From contig OZ244937.1 of assembly GCA_965222075.1 (NCBI GenBank), forward strand, positions 2,592,001 to 2,656,000: a stretch of DNA of 64,000 nt, read 5' to 3'. Position 1 is the first letter of the stretch, and each line of letters begins with the position of its first letter. This document shows positions 58,217 to 64,000 of the stretch, one piece after another. The notes below the pieces were generated by a model. It was not told where the DNA came from and did not search any database. It saw nothing but the letters and a program-made list of their open reading frames with translations. This stretch comes from Candidatus Latescibacterota bacterium. GTDB taxonomy: Bacteria > Latescibacterota > UBA2968 > GCA-2709665. A program made the translations under genes and the position numbers.

Positions 58217-60742
58217 ATGACCCGAGAAACCTTGCGAATCCTGATTGTTGCGGCAACGGTGATAGCCGCGCTCACCTTCCTCTACCCGACCTATGAGTTC
58301 TACTTTGATCCGCCAAAAAACGCGGACAAATTGGAAGAGGTCAAACGGAAGTCCATCAGTCTGGGGCTGGACCTGCAAGGCGGCATCCACCTGGTCTTAG
58401 AGGTCGATCCCAGCCAGGTCCCCGAAGCGCAGCGCCACGATGTTATGGACCGGGTCAGAGAGATCATCACCAACCGCGTGGATCAGTTCGGAGTGTCCGA
58501 GCCCATTATCCACCAGCAGGGCGACTGGCGGATTGTCGTCGAACTCGCCGGCATCCAGGATGTGGAACGGGCCAAGGCCATTATTGACAGAACCGCCCGC
58601 CTCGAATTCAAAATTCTGAAGTCCAATGCCGACCTGGCCATCCTTCTCAACAAGGTTGACACCCACCTCGCCGCCGCAGCTGACGACACGGCCAAAAAAG
58701 AATCCGGGGGCCTCTTCGAAGAAGTGCCCGAAGAGGTCAAGCACGCGTTAACAGCCTTATTCCTCCCAGGTTACAGGGAAGAGGACTTGAAGGTCTCCGT
58801 AGACAACCTGCAGACCGTGCGCCAGATCCTGAGGGAAGTCGAGCACCTGATCCCCGACGACGCGGAGTTCATCTGGGGAAGCAAAGATGAGGATTCCAGA
58901 GACGGACAGAAGTACCGCCGGCTCTATTACCTGAAGAAGCGGGTTGAGATGACCGGCGACATCGTCAAAGACGCCATCATCACAACCGGACAGTCTTTCG
59001 AATACGCCGGAATGCCCATCATCAATTTTACGACCACCGATAAGGGCGTCAACCTCTTCAAGCGCGTGACCGGCGCTCACGTGGGCGAGCAGATGGCCAT
59101 CATCCTGGATAACCAGGTCTATTCTGCGCCCACCATCCAGGTCAAAATCCGGGACGGTCGGTCCATCATCACCGGCTCCTCCACCCTGGAAGAGGCCAAA
59201 GACCTGGCCATTGTCCTGCGTGCCGGCGCCCTTCCCGTCGATGTGGTCCCCGTGGAAGATCGCACCGTGGGCCCCTCTCTGGGGCGGGACTCCATCGAAC
59301 AGGGCAAAAAGGCCGCCGCCATTGGCATGGCCCTGGTGATCGTTTTCATGGTTTTTTACTACGGCCTCTCCGGCCTGGTGGCCAACCTGGCCCTCGTCCT
59401 CAACCTGCTCTTTGTCCTGGCCGTTCTGGCCGGTTTTAGAGGCACCCTCACCCTCCCCGGCATTGCCGGGATCATCCTCACCATCGGCATGGCCGTAGAC
59501 GCCAACGTCCTCATCTTCGAACGCATCCGGGAGGAGCTCCGCACCGGGAAAACCCTCCGCCCGGCGGTCGAAAACGGCTACGACCGGGCCCTGCTCACCA
59601 TTGTCGATGCCAACCTCACCACTGTGATCACCGCCGTGGTCCTCTACCAGTTCGGCACCGGGCCCATCAAGGGCTTTGCGCTTACCCTGATGATCGGCAT
59701 CATCTCCTCGATGTTCACGGCCCTCTTCGTCACCCGCACCATTTTCAACTATATCATCCAGCGGTGGCAGCTCACCTCCATCAGCATCGGCTGGCTGACC
59801 ATCTTCCGCGAACCGAAGTTCGACTTCCTCCGCCTGCGGCGGGCCGCCTTTGCCGGGTCTGTCCTGCTCGTTCTCGTCGGTCTGAGTTCCGCCATCACCA
59901 AAGGGGGCTACAACCTGGGCATCGACTTTGCCGGAGGCACCCTCTTAGAGCTTCACTTTGATCCGCCCGTTCCCGTGGGAGAGTTGAGAGATGTGCTTGG
60001 AAGCGTCGAGATCGACGACAGGACCGCGGATCTGAGGCAGAGCGAAATCAAACAGTTCGGCCCGCCCACCGACATCCTCATCCGGGTGGAAGAGGAGGCC
60101 GAAGGCACGCAGATGGCCGATGCCATCAAAACAACGCTCAAAACCCGCTTTGCCTCCCACATCGGCGACCCGACGACGTGGCTGCGCCGCCAGGAGGCGG
60201 TCGGCCCCAAGATCGGAAGCGAGTTGAAGAGCGACGCGGTCTGGGCCATCTTCGTGTCTATGCTCCTCATCATCCTCTACATCTGGTGGCGGTTCAAACA
60301 GATCCAGTTCGGTATCGCCGCCGTCGTGGCGCTCTTCCACGACGTGCTCATCACCCTGGGGATCTTCTCCCTGATGAACAAGGAGATCTCCCTGGCCATC
60401 GTTGCCGCTCTGCTCACCATCGTAGGGTATTCGCTCAACGACACCATCGTCGTCTTTGACCGCATCCGGGAAAATTTGCGCCTCTACCGCAGGGAGAGCT
60501 ACGGCAGTGTGATCAACCGGAGCATCAACGAGTGCCTCAACCGGACCGCCCTCACCTCAGGCACAACCCTGCTGGTGGTCCTGGCGCTGCTGTCCCTGGG
60601 TGGAGAGGTGATCCACGACTTCGCCTTCGCCCTCCTCATCGGCGTGATCGTAGGGACCTACTCCTCCTCTTTCGTGGCCAGCCCCATTGTGATGGAGTGG
60701 CACACCGCCGCCGAACGCCGCAGCGCCACCCGCGCATCGTAA
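58217..60742 (+). CDS. secDF: fused protein translocase subunit SecDF
   Basis: LGLDLQGG, LRAGALP, GMAVDANVLIFERIREE; then GIDFAGG and GYSLNDTIVVFDRIREN. Confidence 0.96.
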   Translation: MTRETLRILIVAATVIAALTFLYPTYEFYFDPPKNADKLEEVKRKSISLGLDLQGGIHLVLEVDPSQVPEAQRHDVMDRVREIITNRVDQFGVSEPIIHQQGDWRIVVELAGIQDVERAKAIIDRTARLEFKILKSNADLAILLNKVDTHLAAAADDTAKKESGGLFEEVPEEVKHALTALFLPGYREEDLKVSVDNLQTVRQILREVEHLIPDDAEFIWGSKDEDSRDGQKYRRLYYLKKRVEMTGDIVKDAIITTGQSFEYAGMPIINFTTTDKGVNLFKRVTGAHVGEQMAIILDNQVYSAPTIQVKIRDGRSIITGSSTLEEAKDLAIVLRAGALPVDVVPVEDRTVGPSLGRDSIEQGKKAAAIGMALVIVFMVFYYGLSGLVANLALVLNLLFVLAVLAGFRGTLTLPGIAGIILTIGMAVDANVLIFERIREELRTGKTLRPAVENGYDRALLTIVDANLTTVITAVVLYQFGTGPIKGFALTLMIGIISSMFTALFVTRTIFNYIIQRWQLTSISIGWLTIFREPKFDFLRLRRAAFAGSVLLVLVGLSSAITKGGYNLGIDFAGGTLLELHFDPPVPVGELRDVLGSVEIDDRTADLRQSEIKQFGPPTDILIRVEEEAEGTQMADAIKTTLKTRFASHIGDPTTWLRRQEAVGPKIGSELKSDAVWAIFVSMLLIILYIWWRFKQIQFGIAAVVALFHDVLITLGIFSLMNKEISLAIVAALLTIVGYSLNDTIVVFDRIRENLRLYRRESYGSVINRSINECLNRTALTSGTTLLVVLALLSLGGEVIHDFAFALLIGVIVGTYSSSFVASPIVMEWHTAAERRSATRAS

Positions 60743-60765
60743 CCCAGAACCTTGTTGGGGAAAGG

Positions 60766-62901
60766 TCAAAACTGGTATTCCCGCTTCCGCTCCTTCTTCT
60801 CCGAAGGATATTGTGTCACCACCGTATGCCGCGGACACGGCTTCTTCGGGTCCGCTCCGGGTACAAACACCTCCTCCAAGCGTTTGGGACAGTAAATAGA
60901 TGCCACCTTGTAGGTGTCTTCGCACACCTCCACTTGTGCTAAGGTCGTCGGCAGTTCAAAGTCCTCTTCCGGCAGTTCGAGCGTTTCGTGCACCCGTTTC
61001 ATAAACTGCGCCCACACCGGCAGAGCCACCACCGCCCCGGACTTTCGCTTTCCCAGAGAGACCTTTGAATCGAACCCGATCCAAACCCCGGCCACGATCT
61101 GGGGGGTAAACCCGACGAACCAGGTATCTGCGAAATTCTGGGTTGTCCCCGTTTTGCCCGCCGCCGGGCGCCGGAAACCGTAAATAGTCCGGGCTCCCCG
61201 TCCGGTACCTCTCCACACGCCCTGATCGGTCTGTTTCTGCATATCCAGCACCGACTGGAGCAGACTCGTCATCACAGCCGTCGTCTCCGCGCTCAACACC
61301 ACGTGCTCGTTCCCCTGTATCCGCTCTTCCAAAATATTCCCTTCCTTGTCCACAATCTTCAGCACCGCCGTTGGCTCCACCCGAATCCCCCGGTTTGGAA
61401 ACACCCCGAACGCCGACACCAGATCGATCATCTTGACCTCGCTGGTCCCCATCCCCAGCGACCGAACGGCCCGGATACGGGTGGTGATCCCCATCCGCTT
61501 TGCATACGACACAACCGTCTTCGGACCGACCCTCTGTAAGAGCTTGGTCGTCACCACATTCCGGGACATGGCCAGCCCTTCCCGCATCGTCATCCAGCCC
61601 ATGAACCTCCTGTCGTAGTTCTCCGGCTGCCAGAGGCTCCCGTCTTCCATCGGGATCGACACGGCCGTATCCGGCACCCGCAGGGTCGGCGGATATTTTT
61701 TGTCAATCGCCGCCGTGTAGATAAAGGGCTTGAACGCCGACCCAGGCTGCCGCAGCGCCTGCACCGCCCGGTTGAACTTGCTCTTGTTAAAATCCCGCCC
61801 GCCCACCATCGCCAAAACGTGTCCGGTGTGAGGGTCCAGCGCCACCAGCGCCCCCTGCACCACCGTAGCGGCAAGCGTATCTTCCCGCGTCTGCAGGCCC
61901 GCCCAGAACGTCGAGTCCGGCGGATTGCGCCGCCGGTTCCGGTCCACCGTCCGCTGGATCTCGTCTATCTGCCGCTGAAGCTGCTCCTCGGCGATCCGCT
62001 GGATCCGGCTGTCCAGCGTCGTGTAAATCGACGCGCCGTCTTTGTAGAGAACCCCCAGGCCGTGGGTCCTCTCCACATACCGACGAATATACTCCGTAAA
62101 ATAAGGCGCCTCTCCGGTCTCCTCATCCGATTCTTTAAGCACAATAGGCCGCTGCACCGCCGATCGATACGCTTCCCGGGAGATCTTTCCCATCCATCTC
62201 ATTGCCCGCAAAACGACCTTGTTGCGGCGTTCCAGTGCGCGTTCAGGGTGGGTAATCGGAGAGTACGTATAAGGCCCCTTCAACAACCCCACCAACAGTG
62301 CGCTTTCGTCTAAGGTTAAGTCTCTGGCATCCTTTCCAAAAAAACGCCGGGCGGCTGCCTGAATACCCCATGCCCCGTTTCCGAACAGGACCTTGTTGAA
62401 ATACATCTCGATAATCTCTTGCTTGGTATAGGTCCGTTCAAGCAGAACCGCGGTCAGCTGCTCCTTGATCTTCCGCGTCCAGGTCTGTTCCTGGTCCAGG
62501 AACAGATTTCGCGCCAACTGCTGTGTGATCGTGCTCGCCCCGTGCCCCTTCAGACTCCCCTCCCTCCAGATATTCCTCAACACAGCTCGAAAAATATCGG
62601 GCAGGCTGACCCCCCAGTGCCGCCAGAAATGCTGATCCTCCGTAGCAACCAGCGCGTCAACAGCCGCCCTGGGCATCTCATCGTACGAGATCGGATCTCG
62701 CCGCTGCTCCCAGAACCGCTTGAGCACCACCCCATCCGTCGAATAGACGGTCGTCGTCCGCACCGGATTGACCTGTTCCAATTGGGCAAACGAAGGCAAC
62801 CCATCCTTGAAACACCACACCACCCCCGCAGTCACCCCCACCCAAACCAGCGAAGAGATCGAACAATAAAGCACAATATGCAAAATATAATGCCGCATCA
62901 T
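60766..62901 (-). CDS. penicillin-binding protein 1A (class A PBP)
   Basis: EDQHF, GASTITQQLARN, RKIKE; SAFK, SRN and KTG transpeptidase motifs. Confidence 0.95.
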   Translation of the reverse strand: MMRHYILHIVLYCSISSLVWVGVTAGVVWCFKDGLPSFAQLEQVNPVRTTTVYSTDGVVLKRFWEQRRDPISYDEMPRAAVDALVATEDQHFWRHWGVSLPDIFRAVLRNIWREGSLKGHGASTITQQLARNLFLDQEQTWTRKIKEQLTAVLLERTYTKQEIIEMYFNKVLFGNGAWGIQAAARRFFGKDARDLTLDESALLVGLLKGPYTYSPITHPERALERRNKVVLRAMRWMGKISREAYRSAVQRPIVLKESDEETGEAPYFTEYIRRYVERTHGLGVLYKDGASIYTTLDSRIQRIAEEQLQRQIDEIQRTVDRNRRRNPPDSTFWAGLQTREDTLAATVVQGALVALDPHTGHVLAMVGGRDFNKSKFNRAVQALRQPGSAFKPFIYTAAIDKKYPPTLRVPDTAVSIPMEDGSLWQPENYDRRFMGWMTMREGLAMSRNVVTTKLLQRVGPKTVVSYAKRMGITTRIRAVRSLGMGTSEVKMIDLVSAFGVFPNRGIRVEPTAVLKIVDKEGNILEERIQGNEHVVLSAETTAVMTSLLQSVLDMQKQTDQGVWRGTGRGARTIYGFRRPAAGKTGTTQNFADTWFVGFTPQIVAGVWIGFDSKVSLGKRKSGAVVALPVWAQFMKRVHETLELPEEDFELPTTLAQVEVCEDTYKVASIYCPKRLEEVFVPGADPKKPCPRHTVVTQYPSEKKERKREYQF

Positions 62902-62949
62902 CGCCCTATCCGCATGACCCGTGTTTATCCATACCCATGCCCTCTGTAA

Positions 62950-64000
62950 TCACGAGGCCAGGGCAGCCAGATTTTCGTTGAGCTTACCCAGCGTGTTCTG
63001 GTATTCCACACGCCGCTGGCGCTCGTTTTCCACCACCTCGGCCGGGGCCTTCTCCAGGAACCCTTCGTTAGAAAGCTTCTTCTCCAGCCCCAAAAGCGCC
63101 TTCTCCAACCCGCCGATCTCCTTCTCCAACCGCCGCTTCTCCACCTCCAGATCGATCAACCCCTTCAGTGGAACGTAGACCTCTACACCCACCAGCACGG
63201 CACTGGCGGAAGCCGGCGGTCGGGCCAGACCCTCGCCGATTTGGAAGTCGGCAGCCCGGGCCAGTTCACAAATGGTGACCTGCGCCTCCTCCAGCGTCTT
63301 CCGAACCGTCTCGGAGCCGGTTCTTAAAATCAGGTCCGCCCGCCGCGCCGGAGGCACCCGCATCGTTCCCCGGATGTTTCGCACTGCTCCCACCACCTCC
63401 TGAACCAGCGCCATCTTCCCTTCCGCAGCCTCATCCAGCCGCCCCTCATCGGCCCTCGGCCAGGGAGCGGCGATTAAGGCCTCCCCCTCGTGGGGAAGCT
63501 GCTGCCAGACCGCCTCGGTGATAAAGGGAGCCATCGGGTGCAGCAGCCGCAGGATGCCCTCCAACGCGTGCACCAGCACAGATTGCACCGCCTGCCGCGC
63601 CTCCGGATCGCCTCCGTTGAGCCGCACCTTCGCCATCTCTAAGTACCAGTCGCAGTATGAATTCCAGACAAATTCGTAAAGCGTACGGGAGGCCTCGTCA
63701 AAACGATAGACCTCCAGCGCCTCCGTGACCGACCGGACCGTGCGGTTGTACAGGCTCAAAATCCAGCGGTCCCCTAAGTCGGCAGGCGCCTCCGGGGGGA
63801 GCACCTTGGGGTCATAATCCTCTACGCGCATCTGCACAAACCTCGCCGCGTTCCAGATCTTATTGCAGAAATTTCGGCAGGTCTCGGTAATTGGAGAGTC
63901 CTGCACATGGTTGTCCACCACCTCCGCGTCAAACCGAATATCCTGCGAACTCCCGCACTGGTACAGCAGCGACAGCCGCGTGGCGTCCGCCCCATAGCGC
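62950..64000 (-). CDS. valS: valine--tRNA ligase, C-terminal part (runs off the right edge)
   Basis: YGADATRL, RNFCNKIWNA, CDWYLE, LHPMAPFITE, KLSNEGFLEKAP. Confidence 0.96.
   Translation of the reverse strand, partial: RYGADATRLSLLYQCGSSQDIRFDAEVVDNHVQDSPITETCRNFCNKIWNAARFVQMRVEDYDPKVLPPEAPADLGDRWILSLYNRTVRSVTEALEVYRFDEASRTLYEFVWNSYCDWYLEMAKVRLNGGDPEARQAVQSVLVHALEGILRLLHPMAPFITEAVWQQLPHEGEALIAAPWPRADEGRLDEAAEGKMALVQEVVGAVRNIRGTMRVPPARRADLILRTGSETVRKTLEEAQVTICELARAADFQIGEGLARPPASASAVLVGVEVYVPLKGLIDLEVEKRRLEKEIGGLEKALLGLEKKLSNEGFLEKAPAEVVENERQRRVEYQNTLGKLNENLAALAS

Noticed and set aside
58217-60742. SecD-SecF fusion as a novelty
   Set aside because: Fused SecDF is common in many phyla

Overview
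GC-rich bacterial chromosomal segment. The dockerin/EF-hand-like domain, the sulfatase and amidohydrolase content and the DUF6785-type membrane proteins suggest a Latescibacterota-like lineage (inference). The left part is a long minus-strand housekeeping run (thrS-infC-rpmI-rplT, zapB-zapA-6S RNA-rny-ymdB-xseA-xseB-nadK-recN-mqnE-mqnC). Directly upstream is an unusual cluster: queE, a divergent tgt paralogue and an Rmt/ArmA-family 16S rRNA m7G methyltransferase, with tgt and rmt translationally coupled. The middle holds many catabolic enzymes, a secreted Cu-monooxygenase-like protein, an extra RpoD-like sigma factor, an ExbB/ExbD-like trio, a B12 radical SAM gene and dapF. It also holds an uncharacterised membrane system (two OPT-like proteins, a 1503-aa M28-peptidase/FtsX fusion and a nearby ABC ATPase). 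tRNA-Phe and tRNA-Val follow; tRNA-Val has a duplicated 3' end and sits in a low-GC relic region with a frameshifted PD-(D/E)XK gene and an IS200-like end. The right end carries a polyprenyl synthase, fused secDF, PBP1A and the valS 3' end. I also noticed a candidate orphan structured ncRNA, a 58-aa HTH gene missing from the ORF track, a dipeptidase gene remnant and REP-like palindromes. All calls come from motif recognition by eye; no searches were run.
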